A stretch of 64,000 bases of DNA from Perna viridis. Its lineage: Eukaryota. Positions 11,252-26,200 of this stretch are shown piece after piece. Within the stretch, counting starts at the first letter, position 1. Every line of letters begins with the position of its first letter. Position numbers and translations under genes: made by a program. The stretch covers positions 19,340,750 to 19,404,749 of the forward strand of contig CM074524.1 of the NCBI GenBank assembly GCA_037379345.1. The letters run 5' to 3'. Under the pieces are notes generated by a model. The model had not been told where the DNA came from and made no database searches. It worked only from the letters and a program-made list of their open reading frames with translations.

Positions 11252-14200
11252 CTGTACAAGACAAATAGAACAATAACTTAATTGAAGGTACATTTTTAAT
11301 AATCATATACTGTAAACCAACTATTTTGGCCAGTGATTATTTTTTGTAAATTTTACAAAATCCGCCCAAATACCAGAAAGTCTCTTTATAAAATGATACA
11401 TTTTTGAGAGAATTTTATGAACAAAATTTAGTAGTTGCAGATTGAATCACAAAAATAAATATCAGTGGAAATAAATTAATTTACAGTAGTTATACAAAAC
11501 ATAAACAAAAGCCAAAAACAATTAATGAGAAAAATATAACCATAACAGCAAACCGTAAAAGTACTATTGTCCGTTGGGTATCAATTCTTGTGGATTTTGG
11601 GGGTTTAGTAAACCATAAAATTTGATTTCAATAAAAAGGAAATGTCCCCTTTGTTTGTATGATAGAGTTGTCAAAACCACTAACTAAATCCACTAACTGA
11701 GCATTTTCCCCTTAACCACAAAAACTGCTACCCACAAATAAACCACGAAAACTGCTACCCACAAATAAAAGGACTTTCACAGTAAAACCTATAAATAAAG
11801 TGTAAAACCAACTTTTTTTTGTGAATACTTCAATTTGGTGAAAACATCGTCAAGTAAAATTTCCTGGCATTTTCATGATTACCCAGCACTGTACATGGAT
11901 AATGTAAGCAAATGTTAATGACTGTTAATAATTCTTGACAATTTTCCCCAAACTTTCTTTACCCTTGCTTAACTCATGAAATTAAAGTTGGTTTGCAGAA
12001 CAACAAAATTTGCATGATCCAAACAGCACTTGACATTCAAAACTCTCTCTAAATGCTGCACAAAAACCTCTCTGGAAGTGCAAGTAGTTTCCAATATGAT
12101 ATTTTATTTTGTTCTAAAACAAAGTCGGATTTGAATACTGTCCAGAACTTGAAAGGTTTTGCTGCAGTAGTTACTTAGAGATGAAACGACTGTCAGCCAC
12201 TTCATGGAGTCAAATTTAACTGTATAGAAGAAATACATTTTAAGGGTATCAATTTTCGTGATTTGTCATATTCCATTGGTACCTTAGTTCCAGTTGAAGA
12301 ATTATGGTACTTATAGTATGTGGTCATTGAACCATAAACATCATTAAGTTTGTTAACCTCAAAACATAGAACCCGTGTTACCTTTCCAACCATATCTCAT
12401 TCTGTGATTTCATCTGAAAGCATCACACAATATGCCAATAAGACAAACAGAAAAATGCATGTTTACATAGCATGAAGCACTTGCCCATTTCATTCAAATT
12501 CCTCTAAACGATATGCAGCTTTATACTTAAATTGGATGATTAAGGTTTAACATCTTATGGCATATATTTCATGCAATTCTTGATGAGAATGTTTTCCCAA
12601 TCAAACAGACCCTGATTATTACTCATCTAACAGTGGTTGGTCAATTTTTTTTTTGGTACTAGCCCACAGAAGCAACAGCCTACAAAAGCAACAGCCCAAA
12701 GGTAGGCATGTCAACACATACAGACACATTATTCTGACTCTTGAGTCAAACAGTCTTCACTTTTTCTCCCTAAATACTAAGTGGTTGGCAGAGACTACCA
12801 TTTTGAAAGATTTTGGTGTAACTAGGTCAGGGATCAAATCGACAACCTTCCTCACTTGCGGCAAAACTATGCTACACTGAGACCACTTAACTTTGAATGA
12901 AATACATAGTAATAAACCTAGATAAATATTGTTGGTTGTTCATGTGCAAGTTACTATAAGTTCATGCCAGGAAAATGAAATAGTAACTTGACAATAATTG
13001 TGGCAGCAATAGGAAGATTCCTGTATCAAATGTGAAAGGAAATTGAGTGCTTAAAAATTGTGGTGCTGCACTTCAATATGCATTGTGTTGTAATGATCCT
13101 ACTTATTAACTTACATCCTGGGCCATCTTATACCTAGAAACATCATAATGTGAAAAAAACTAACAAATCTGACTTATCACTAAAACTATTTAGAAACAAT
13201 TGATGCATAAAAATGAAAATGTATCAGAGCTGATACTTTCAAATTCGGTACAAATTGTCAGCATAAAGATCATGTGTGTAAATCATACTTTTATTTTGAA
13301 AACTACCATTTAGATATAACAGATTGTTTAGGTTTCAAAATTGTTTCTTACATGATATAACAGTGACAGCCAACTAAAGCATGTTACATGTATATAACAG
13401 AGCTCTGTTAATTACTGTTTCAAGTTCCATAACTCTTGAACTTCAACAAAAAATTGGAAAAAAAGTCAATATGGGAGCACCCTTTGGTCATTATGAAAAT
13501 CATATCAAATAAAGTGGTAAATCCAATACCTTGTCTATGACAGTCTATGTTAATGAATAAGTCAAAGTACAAATATATTTAACTGCCCAAAAGTTTCACT
13601 GACTGTGCACAAAAAAATTAGTAACATAGATAAAGTTTCATGGAAATCAAAAACCAATATATAATGCCTTTACTATGCCATAATTTTGGTCTGTAATTTA
13701 AGATATGAAACCTAAACGATAACATTTCATAATGCAGCAAACAATGTGATTCAATTCCTAGCCACTTCTTCTCTATGGATGGACAAAGAGTCAATGAAAT
13801 TCTTACTTAGCCTATTGTGCCACCTATCCGAAAAAAAAAAAATCATATTTATCATACCTTTGGGCAGGAGTTTGATTTCGTCTTTATAATCAGTATCCTG
13901 TAACAAAGAGTATCTATGCCGCTTTTTGGTCCGCCACCGGAAACGGCATCTGGAATATAGATCAATCCATAATGGAGATCTTGTAAAATAGTAAATATAG
14001 TAATTCCAATATGTACTAATTTTGCATACAAATAAACACTGTTTACACTTTCATACACTGGTCATTTTTTAAACATCACAAAAATTAAAGCCAATACATA
14101 TTTATTTTTCATTATATCTTACATAATTTGTGAAATTAGCAACATTTAAAGTAATCACACCTACTGTACGTTACTTCAAATTTCGTTTTATTTATTATAT

Positions 14201-17200
14201 GACTTAATCTTTTTGACTAGTAAAATATGTGTTGTTTTATCTTTTTATTTAGCTGTCTGTTAATATGCAGGAATAAACAACAAAAGTAGTTATCAACAAA
14301 AATCATTTTTTTATAATCCATACCCTTTTCTATAATACTATTCATGGCATTTAAAAATGAAAAGAATTACTATCAATAGTAACACCAATTCTTTGATACT
14401 ATTTTTAGCCCTACCTTTTATTTTTAAACCAGCAGATAAATTTCCATACTATTGCTGCAGTAACCACCACTATAAATACTGTAGTAACACCAAATGGTTT
14501 AGTACTATTTTTAGCCCTACCTTTTATTTTTAAACCAGCAGATAAATTCCCATACTATTGCTGCAGTAACCACCACTATAAATAGTAACACCAAATGGCT
14601 TAGTACTATTTTTAGCCCTACCTTTTATTTTTAAACCAGCAGATAAATCCCCATACTAATGCTGCAATAACCACCACTATAAGGAATGTTACAATTATGA
14701 AATATAATATACTCCAATCTAAAAATAGAAAAAAAATGAACTACATTGTTTAGAAAAAAAACAAGCATTGTGGAAGTTTATTTAATGTAAACTGGGAATT
14801 TTTCTTAGAAGCTGATATGAAGAACATCAACCTGATATGGGGAACCCTACAAAAATTTGCCACTGACAGAGAGAAATGAAGGGAAATGTTGCTGCCCCAG
14901 ATGGCATAATGGGCAGAAATAAGTGAAACTTTCTAATAGAAATAAAACAGTATACACAGGCACATATTGTTCACATGAAATACATGTAAATCTAGCGTCA
15001 CATTAGATCAATCTGAGCTTCACAAAAAATGAATGTGATTTTTACATGAACTTCATGTGAAAAGTTCAGATGAATTTCACATGAGCTCTGTCACAAATTT
15101 TATTAGAGAGGGAAATTCAGGTGAAAATCACATGAATGAAAGGTGAAATAATTGTGCCTGTGTGCCCTTACCCAATGGAGACATATTTTATTTAAAATAC
15201 TACATATTGCAAGATTTATAATTTCCAATACTATTTCATGTATATATTTTGTTTGTCTTCTCCCATTTTAATCAAACTGGTTTGCCTTATTTTAATCAAC
15301 AATATTATACTTATTAATCAACAACTACACTTAGGCATATAAAATGCGCCCCCCCCCCCTGCTTACCCATTGATATTCTCAGTCCCATAACTCATCCCCC
15401 CAACCCAACTCAGAAGTTAGAAAAAAAGAAAAATAATACATACACAATCAACAAATTATGAAAATGACTGAAAATATTTTCGAAATACCATACAATATGT
15501 AAAGAAGTAGACAAATCAACAGATGGGCGCCAGTACATTAAATTACATTTATCAAATACTGTGAAAGTACATTTTTTCAGGAGTACCAATTTTTGGTGGT
15601 ATAGAAAAAAATCATTAGTTCATAGATTCTTGAATTTTGTAGATTTGACTGGTCCATTAAACAAATAAATGGGTAATTTCCATTTCCTTGGGAACTAAAT
15701 TTTGTGGTTTGCCCAACCCGCAAAAAACACGAAAATTGTTACCCAACAAACAATGATACTTTCACAGTAACTAGTATCCATAACATCCTTACCACAATTA
15801 CTATCATCATGCAGTATCAGTGTTTTAAGGAAGTTTTCCATCCAGAAGGCATCGCACACACACTTTCTTGTCTTCTTATAACAATGACCATGACCTGAGC
15901 AATTGTTCTGGCACACTGTAATACATGTTCAAGGAAATTCTCAATAATGGTGAGAAATTTGAAATGTGGCCCAAGCACCACACAATTTGAAAAATTACTT
16001 AAGTCTAAGAAAATTCTTAACTGTTTGTGACATCATCAATTTCAAACACTGTGATTGAAGTTACCATGGATGTCAAGAATATTATTTAAGTAATTCTAAA
16101 CTTTTGTGGCATTGACCTGAGCAACTTCATTAACGTACTGCAAACACTTCTTTCCTACATTAAAAAAAGCTTACATTATAATTAAGCAGCTGGCTCACAC
16201 CACTGACCTATAATAACCAAGCTTGCTACATTATAATTGAGTAGCTGGCTCACACCACTGACCTATAATAACCAAGCTTGCCACATTATAATTGAGTAGC
16301 TGGCTCACACCACTGACCTATAGTATCCAAGTTTGCCACATTATAATTGAGTAGCTGGCTCACACCACTGACCTATAGTATCCAAGCTTGCCACATTATA
16401 ATTGAGCAGCTGGCTCACACCACTGACCTATAGTATCCAAGCTTGCCACATTATAATTGAGCAGCTGGCTCACACCACTAACCTATTACCCACATTATGA
16501 CTGAACACCTGACTCATGCTACTCACCTATATCCAAGCTTGCCACATTATAACTGATAAGCTAGCTCACACTTCCTACCCATACTAAGCTGGACACTTAA
16601 TAACCTAGAAGCTGACTCAAACACTACTTATCTATAGTATCCTAGTTAGCTGTATTTTACCTGAATACAAACATATAGTATCACACTTAACATATTACTG
16701 TAAACTGTGAAATTTTGCGGCAGTTTTATTTTGGCTATTTTCGGGCCAAGATCCAAAAAGCCAAAATTAAACTGTCAAGAATATTTTCTTTGAAAAACCT
16801 AACAGTACAATTCGATGACTGATCGCAAATTTTAAAAAAAGCAGATTATAGCAGAAACAGCCAAAAAAAGATGTTGCAGAAATTTCCTGGCTTACAGAAT
16901 TACTGAGTAGCTGGCTAACTTCTTACATATAGCACCCAAGCTACCCCATTATAACTCAGTAGCTGGCTCACACTACATACATTTAGTATGTGAGCTAGCA
17001 ATCTTATAACCGAGTAGCTGGCTCACACAATACCTATGTATAGTATCAAAATTCAACACATTGTAACTGGCTCATGCTACTTATCTAAAATATCAACCTA
17101 GCCACATTATAACTGTATAGCTGGCTCACACAATGCAAACCTATCCAACCTAGCCACATTATAACTGTATAGCTGGTTTACACAATGCAAACCTAGCCAC

Positions 17201-20200
17201 ATTATAACTGTATAGCTGGTTTACACAATGCAAACCTATCCAACCTAGCCACATTATAACTATATAGCTGGCTCACACAATGCAAACCTATCCAAGCTAG
17301 CCACCTTATAACTGAATAGCTGCCTCACACACCGATAGTATCTAAACTATCCACATTATAGCTGAGTAGATGGCTCACACTACTTACCTATCGTATCCAA
17401 GCTTGCCACATTATAGCTGAGTAACTGGTTACCAGCTGCCCTCATTTTCTCCTTCAATAACTGAGAAATTTCTTCACCACTTTTATTGAATTTTGAGCCT
17501 TTAGGAAATTCAACATGGAAGTAAACCTTCATTCTAAAAAATATATGAAAACTTATAATTATCACGGGAAACTAGAATTACAATTAACAGAGCTCACCAA
17601 AGAATAACCTCTAGCCCATAAATTTCTAGAATGTATTTTAATCAACAAAGTTTAAGTAGCACTCCAGATAAGAATCATGCAAAATATAATTTATGGTTGG
17701 AACACCAATATATTTGTATATTTAATATTTTGTTTAAAATGCTTAAGTAAACAGAAAATTACATGTGGCTTTTCATAGAAACCTGTCCATAAGTGATAAA
17801 AATTATATAGAATTTAAAATTAAGGGAGATAACTCTGTAAATGACACTAAAATACAATAGAAACTATTGGATTTTAAATTTGAATTAACTCCTAAGAGGA
17901 GACAGATTGGAAGAATAATTATTAATTTCATCATATAGACCTATAATGCAACTTAATAACAACAATAAATATTTGTAGCCTTTTTTGGGGGTGTATCACA
18001 TTTTACAGAATTTGCACAATTCTTACAAAGACTGCCACTTAAATATATAAATGATATATAGTAACAGACCTTCCCTTAATGTCTCTAGAGGATATGTCTA
18101 AGTCTTTTTAAAGTTTGTGTAGTTGTGACAAGTGAAGTCATGGTCAAAATGTCAGAAATCTAGAAAAATCATATTCAACTGTTTCAAATTCATCACCTTT
18201 TTCAACATTAAATATCAGTTTTTTTTTAAAACCAACATGTACTATGGTACAATCCAATTTACAGACAAAAGTTTAAGTACAGCCTATATTTTCTTTGTAC
18301 ATGTAGTTCATATACTCAAATTAAACTGACCATCATCTAGTTTGAATGATTAGAGAAAAAAAGTGTTAATAAAATATGCATGATCTGTGAAATTTGCCTG
18401 ATAACTTGTAGCTAAGATGAACAGTATTGCATGAAAAACAGTAGAATTTATAATCAAAATAGATGCACTTACAGAGAAGTTTGTGTATCTTCCTCTAACC
18501 TATCCAAAACCACTATGGACTTTGGTAACAGTAATTGTAACTGACTTTGTAAATTACTCTGAAAATAGAAAATGGATCAATTAGGAAAATATCTACCGAT
18601 AATTTATTGACAGATATCACCGAACCATTGCATTATAGATTCTCAGTGGATATCACATCAAGTAAAGATAAGAACACCCTAATTCTTTTCACTTAATTGT
18701 TCTAAATGGAAAATTTCCCTTTTAGCTTGTTCAAAAAGGGGAAGATTTTCTGTAATGGTGTTTACAGGATTTATTCAACTGTTTTACATACATGTACATG
18801 TGTGCTATCCCTAAGATTTAAAGATAGCACCCTGGTAACCCCTGAACTTAAGTTCTTTTCCGACAGCATCCTGGTAAAAATTATAACAGAAGGGCAATGT
18901 GATGCAATATGGCCCAGGGGAGACCACTGAATAGTATATGTTTATTCATTACCTTGTCTTTTTCCGTAAACTGTCTGATATCTGTTTCTAGATCTAACTC
19001 TATCATATCTTTCTCATGGGGATCTGGAATAAAAAATAGTTTAATCTATTAGCAATCAACATAACGATTCCCTACAGTGGACACTATTTATCAGGTGAAA
19101 TTGTTGTTTTAGAAGGCAATTGTTAAATGAATCATAGCCAGCACTCCACAGTTTAGTTTAGTTTCGCTAGGGATGAAAAATGACATAAATGGAAACCGGT
19201 GGTTGCTATAGTGATTAAAAATGAAGAATCTATTGTTGTAAAACATTTTCTGAAAAAAAGGGGATTTTTAAAAGTTTTTTGCAATGTTTTATATTTTTTC
19301 AATGTTGAAGGGGCTTTTTTTCAATGACAATTTGACTTCATTGTGAAAGTGAAAGTAAGTCAATTTTTTACCATGCTAAATTTAATAAGTGGATTACAAA
19401 GTGAAATAGCTCAAAATCTAACCGGCGATGCCCATATGAGGAAGAGGTTTTTGAAAGGAAAAGTTTGAACAGTTTCAGGGATTGAAATAAAAATTTCAGA
19501 TATTTTGCGGGAAATTTGATATTTTTAAACCTGATTTTATTAACTTTTTTGCAAATTGTCGCATATTTGTGCATGGTTTCTATGGTAACTCTATATGCTG
19601 TGGGTAATTTTTTTCCAGAAAATTTTTACTGCATCCTGAAGGCCTTGGCTTGAGCTATTTCTAGATATATAGATTTACAAATGCTTGACAATTTTTTAAA
19701 GTGATAAATGTTACAAAGCATCAAATTACAAGACCAAAATTAGGCAGTTCTACAATACTGTGGAGTGCTGGCATAAGGAAAATTGAAGTTGCAGTTATGC
19801 AGTCTATGAATATTGTTTTATATACCCCTTCTCATTTACATTTCATGACCCCAGCAGAAAGTTAAAAAGCTTTGTTTTACAAGTATGTAAATTACACTCT
19901 ATGTGTTAATGGTTAACTTTCTTCCTTCAATCTTTGAAATTAAAATCACACACCAGTGAACTAACCTTCTATGATGCGGATTGATGCTGTATCACTAGCT
20001 GATAGCCCCTCAGCATCCACAACTGTCAGCCTAAATGTATACTGCCCAGCCACCATATTAACTAATTGAAGTACTGCCTGGTGGTCAGAACCATTCAAAG
20101 GATCCTAGACAAAAAGGAAAGAGTAATAATGAACAGTTCTACATTTAATTATGTTCTTTGGCCCATGAAAATGTAAGTTTAAAAAAAAACCAAATTATCA

Positions 20201-23200
20201 TCAGAATTTTATTCTTTCATTGACCAAGCAATATCTCTCCCTGTATACTTGTCCCATGCTAACATTACTCAAGTGGACATATTTTCCCTCCCTACTCACC
20301 CATTCCATGCCAATAGTATTTTAAGAACATTTCCTCTCTCAGTGTGTATGTATCATGCTAACAATATTTGAGACAAGACTGTAAAAATAGTAATTTTCAC
20401 AGAAACATACTCACAGGTATAAATTTTTATTTTGGTGTTTTTGAAAAGAATTGTTTCATAGCATATAAATCAATTTAGTATGTACTATTTTTGTGCCCAT
20501 TTGTCTATAAAGTAGATACCTTTACAGTTTAAATTTAACAAGGATGAGAACAAGATATTCCCAAAACGTACCCCTGCAGCCAGACTGGTTGGTTCTCTAG
20601 TCCAGCTATAGGTTGCTATGCCCTTATCATCACTGGATTTGGAACCATCAAGTTTGACTAAATCAACCGGTAAGGTAAGAACTTGGTCTGCACCAGCATT
20701 GGCTACTGGCTTTGTGTTTGGGCCTAAAACAAAGAGATATTGAGTCAATAATATTAAAACAGATGTAAAAATGTACTAGAACCACCATTAATACTTTCAT
20801 GTATCCGTCAGAATTAAACTGTACGTTTCTCATGTCTTGTTTTATTATTCATTCAGCCTAATCTTTAACAAATGGCTGTGATAAGTAGTTGCAAAGAAAA
20901 CTGTGATGACACCATGATCACCATACACCATCTACAAAGCAGTGGGGATGTAAAATATTTAAAATTGTACCTTAAAACACAGGCAGTTATTAATGTGCCT
21001 GCTCTGGCAAAAAAATCTATTATTAGTAAATGTTCCTTGACATTTGGTATACTAAGTGGTGGTTCTTTAAATCTAGATTCAAACTGTGCATATTTTCATC
21101 AGGCTTAATTATATTCAAATAAAGCAAACTAGTTTCCTCATATACAATTTCAAACTAAGTAAAGTTGATCAACACAGGTGTATTTACATGTAAGTCAGCA
21201 AAACACAAGACACAAATTCACAAACTTACGTTCATTGACTTTAACATCATAGTTAATTGTAGAACTAATGTGTTCAACATCTCTCACTGTCAATACAAAC
21301 TCATACAGTCCATTGTGTATATGTCCTGTTGCTATGGTGACTGCTGCTTTTGGGTCTTTGATAATTAATTCATTTCCCCTATAAAATGGAACAACTGCCA
21401 AAATTGCAAGTTATGTTTTCAAATGTTTTAAAACAAATGGAAATACATATGTTTTGGATCAATAACGAATTACACATGTTTGTTTTATGCATATGGATAA
21501 ACCTGAAAAATACATGCATATCTTAAAAAATTATTAAAAAATCATAGGTTTTCCAGTAGTATTAAACTCCCTACAAAAAGTGTACACCTGGACACAGGTA
21601 TAAATACTAATATTTCATGAAATGATTTGAGAGTCATAAATATGTCTCTCATATGTTTTATGTTGTTCCTAAACACATGAAAAACATGTTTTCCAGGTGC
21701 TGTACTAAGCATACAGTATAAAAATATTATCATGTTGCAATTTTTCCAGTGTATGCATGTTTTTTTTTCTTTTGAAGTCTTCCATATTCATATTAGACTG
21801 CTGTGCTCAATGAACATTTTTTAACATATCTGGCCACATAAAGTATATTCAGGAAATTTGTTTTATCAAACATATCAAAAGTACAATTTGACCAACTACA
21901 TGGACATTGTATAATTTGCCCACCCATCTGCCACCTGACCAACATTCATCTTACCCTAACATTTTATACTACGTGAAATTCGGGCAAAATTGAGAAATTT
22001 GTCCAAATATTGCATATCAGGTACTGTAAATTCAGAACTATTCAGTGCATTTATCATTATCACATTAACCAAAAATTTATTTAAAAGGAAAAACTGTGGG
22101 AAATCATGGTAATACTTCAGGAATGGGAGTTTAATTTCTTGCAATAACATAACTCCTTCCTATTTGGCAGTACTTTCTGTGTTTATACTACAAGAAAATT
22201 TACTTACTTGATTTGTTCCCAGTTATACTCCACAATACCCTTATCATCTGTGCTATTAGAACCATTCAGCACTATAGAATTTACAGGAAGGAACAGGGTC
22301 TTTGGACCAACAACTTGGGCTACTGGGGGATGATTGGTGTCTGTAAGAAAAAAGCACCTACATCTGTATCTCTCATACAAAAACACCAGATATATTTTGT
22401 TGCCATCCAATTCATTTGTCATATACTGTGGAAGTACTTGCATTCATTGGGTACCAATTTTCATGGATTTCATGGTTAAATCAATCCATGAAATTAAAAT
22501 TCCAACAAAATACATAGTTTCCATTTCTTTGTACTGTGGAAACCTCAAATTTCTGAATCCACAAACCAACAATTGGTATGCAATCCACTAAAATTGATAT
22601 CCATGAATAAAAGTACTCTCACAGTACATGTATCAATCTTCATCTACTCATTCCATAACAAGTAATTATATTGAGATAAAAACACGCCTATGGAGTTTTC
22701 ATATCAAAACTCATACGTTATGCCAGAGCTTGCAAACTTTTTGTATTGCGCTAGACTTCTTACAATAAGGCTACTGGAACTGGAGTTATGTTGCTACAAG
22801 ACTGAAGTCATCACTACAAAAGTTTTATGATTGTCATGAATTCGTGGATCTTTACGATGTATCCATCTGCGCCATGTAAACTGCTTTGTTCAATGTGTCA
22901 TAGTTTTCCTTTCCTCATTTGTCTACCCCGAACTTGCCTTTTTATGAGCAACTCGGCGGGTGTTTCTAGAAAAGCAGAGGACGCTTACCCTATCAGTGCA
23001 TCTGGTCCATGCTCCCAGTTTTTAGTGGAGTCCGAGTTGCTCATTTACTTTTGTTACTTTGTATGTATAATCTTAGTTACTTTATGTTCTTTGTTGTGTC
23101 TGACTATTTTCTATGTCTGGTCTTTGTCCCTGGATTACATTCTTTTAGATTTCCGCTAGAATCTTGGTTCCCTTGATTACTCTTAGTCTAAGCAGAGAAA

Positions 23201-26200
23201 AATATCTATGTTAAAATTTCTACAGCGTGTAACGTGAGGATTTCAGGTAAGACCTGAGTTGTTAGATCATGGAGTTGAAAGTTACTGAAAAGTTACTACT
23301 TTTCACAGGCTTAGTTAGAAAAAAACAAACAAAGTGATGTGCCAATTCATTGAAGTTAATTTTTGGCATGGTTCTACTTTCCATGATTTTTTTTATAAAT
23401 CCAAAGAGGCAAAACTGGCTGTAATCCACAAAAAACTAAATTGACATGGGAATTTTCTCCATATTACTACAAATCTATATCTGTAAATTTTCATATGTAA
23501 CATATGTAATTGCAGTCTGATACAACAACTAAAGTTTTAATTGTTTTTTACCTGGCTTAACGAAGACATGAACATCAGCTGATGAAGTCTGTCCAGCTGT
23601 ATCTGTAACCTTAAGTGTAAACATGTAGTCACCTTCTTGGAGGTTAGACAGATGGAGATAAGGGGTCCTCACACCCTGGAGAAAAAAGACTTTTTTTTTT
23701 AAATAGAAGCATGTCACCTTTTCAATAGAAGTATAAAAAAATTTGTGAGTTAAAATCTGCACCCCAATCCTCCATCTTTTTTTTTCAAAGTCCAAAATAC
23801 ATATAACAATGACAATCAACATACATATGATATATATACATTGTATTGCACCCCATTTTTAGTACATGGTAAAACTATAATTTGAGTCAACAAATGGGAT
23901 GTTGCTTTTTACCGCAGCAATGTCTGTACATAATTTTACTCCTCTTCTTATTTATACATCTCATTTCACTTACAGTGCCATAGTACTACTAGGTTTTTTT
24001 TCCACCCTACAAGATACACAAGTTCCTATTCATTTCTTGAGTTTTTGAGAAAGGGGGAAGTGTATCTCCTTAAAAGTAAACAAGACACCATACCGTCATA
24101 TCTGCTGTCAGTTTATCATCAGCAGATTTAATCCACTCATATTCTCTGATTCCTTTATCATCAGTACTCAGGTTACCATTCAATATCACTGACGTTTGTG
24201 GAAGGCGAATGATAACATCTGAACCTGCATTTGCCTTGGGTGGGTAATCTGTCTCTGAATAAGGAAAAATACACTGTAACAGGTATGCTCAGAATACTAC
24301 TTACGTACAGCATTAGCATCATTATACATGTATAACAATGGCATGCCAAAGTCATCATCACCCATCAATTTAATTTTCTATTGATAACAATTTCGACACA
24401 CAATCTAGCAAAAAACATAAAATCTGTGAGCAATGACTCACTAGTGATACCCCTGCTTTCAGTCCACAGTAAACAGGAAGTTGTCAAAATTGTCCAAAAT
24501 AAATCCCACCATATGGTATACCTACAGGAAGAATGCCTTAAAATTTCAAGCCACTGAGAATGTTAATTGCTTAGAAAACTGTGCCAAAGAAATGTTATAG
24601 ACTGAAACACAGACAAGGGTAAAACAGTATACCCTCCTTCCTTCGGAGTGGTCTGATAACCGATAACTGGTGACCAGTCTGATTACAGTTTTGTTATGTA
24701 AAAGGATGAATGATCTGTTAAAAATAAAGCAAATGTAAAATAAAAGTATTAATTAATATTTAAATCTACTGCATTATGTTATTAATATGTGTAAAATTGA
24801 AAAATATAACAATGGAATCCATTAAATATATTGACCGCTCTGGGGTCACATGATGCGACCACCAGTTTAATGGATTGGTTTAATGGATCTATGACTGACT
24901 GAAAACTGATCAGTGAACGATGACTGATCACAATTTGTTGCAAGGATCAATTCAGGTACTGTCAATAAAAAATTGTACCACTGGTTGTCTACCAATAACA
25001 AGTGGCTCCCAAGAGCCTGAATCACTCACCTGGTAATTTTTCCCCATTCAAGGGCAATCTTACAAGGAGTCGTCTGACAACTTTTATCCCTGGAGACTTT
25101 TTCAGGCCTTACAATAAGGTTCATTTCAGCAATTGAAAGAATTTGGATTAAACTAATGGTTTTGGAGATAAAATAAGCGAAAAACTACTCTCTGAGCCCT
25201 ATGTTCTATTTTTAGTAACAGTAGCCATATTTTTGACAGATCAATAATCCCATCAGTTCTAAGCAGGATACCCAAAAGAACATTCATCCCAAGTTTGGTT
25301 CCAATTGGTGAAGTAGTGTCAAGCCAATCTTCCTGGATACAAGCTCTAAGAATATTTACCTTTAATGACAGTTACATTAGCAACAGTAGAATTAGAAGCA
25401 CCATCAGAGTCTGTAACTGTCAATCTGAAAGAAATCAATCAAACATTTTCAATTATTAGTTTAAACATATTTTATTCATAAATTAAAATGAATAGGATTG
25501 GATAGCAGGCTAGGCCTATATACATCCTCTCCATTTTTAATTATTACAGTGAAACCTGCCTATAATGAGCCACTTTGAACCATAAAATTTGTCCAATTCA
25601 ATATTTCAATATACATTAAAACTGCTATGAAAATTTGTCAAACAGTGTTTGGTTTATACAAACCTTTTTTTCGGTGTCTGGTTTAGACAGGTTTTTGCCT
25701 TCAGCATTCAGTTTAGGCATGTTTTTGCCTTCAGTGCTCAGTTTATACAGGTTTTTTGCATTCAATATTCAGTCTAGATAGGTTATTGTCTGCCGTGTTC
25801 AGTTTAGACAGGTTTTTTGCCTTCAGTATTTAGTTTATACAAGTTTTTTGCCTTCAGTGTTCAGTTTAGAAGGTATCACTGTACAATGTATTTCAAACAT
25901 TAAAGGAAGAAAGGGCAGTTATTTTTGGACTTATAAAAGGTAAGCTCAATTCAATTTTGTTATTTAGTTGATCTAAATAAACAGTATCTAAGATAATGAA
26001 GTATACAATCTAATAAAATGATTTCTCACTCAAAAAGATAGCTGCCTGGAGCCAGATCTTTCAATGTCAACATGGCTGTATCATCTTTAAGCTGGTGTTC
26101 TTGTAATGGCCCACTTTTCTCCTCCCATTGATACTTCACTATCTTATCATCATCTGTACTGTCTGTAAACATTACATGAGTTCATAAAATTTTTAACTAC

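Noticed and set aside
19368-19574. Near-identical 68-aa ORFs here and at 54302-54508
   Set aside because: Both lie inside copies of the same MITE; the similarity reflects DNA copy identity and there is no recognisable protein motif.
22827-23159. 110-aa ORF with a hydrophobic stretch, echoed at 61657-61866
   Set aside because: Translation of a T-rich interspersed repeat.
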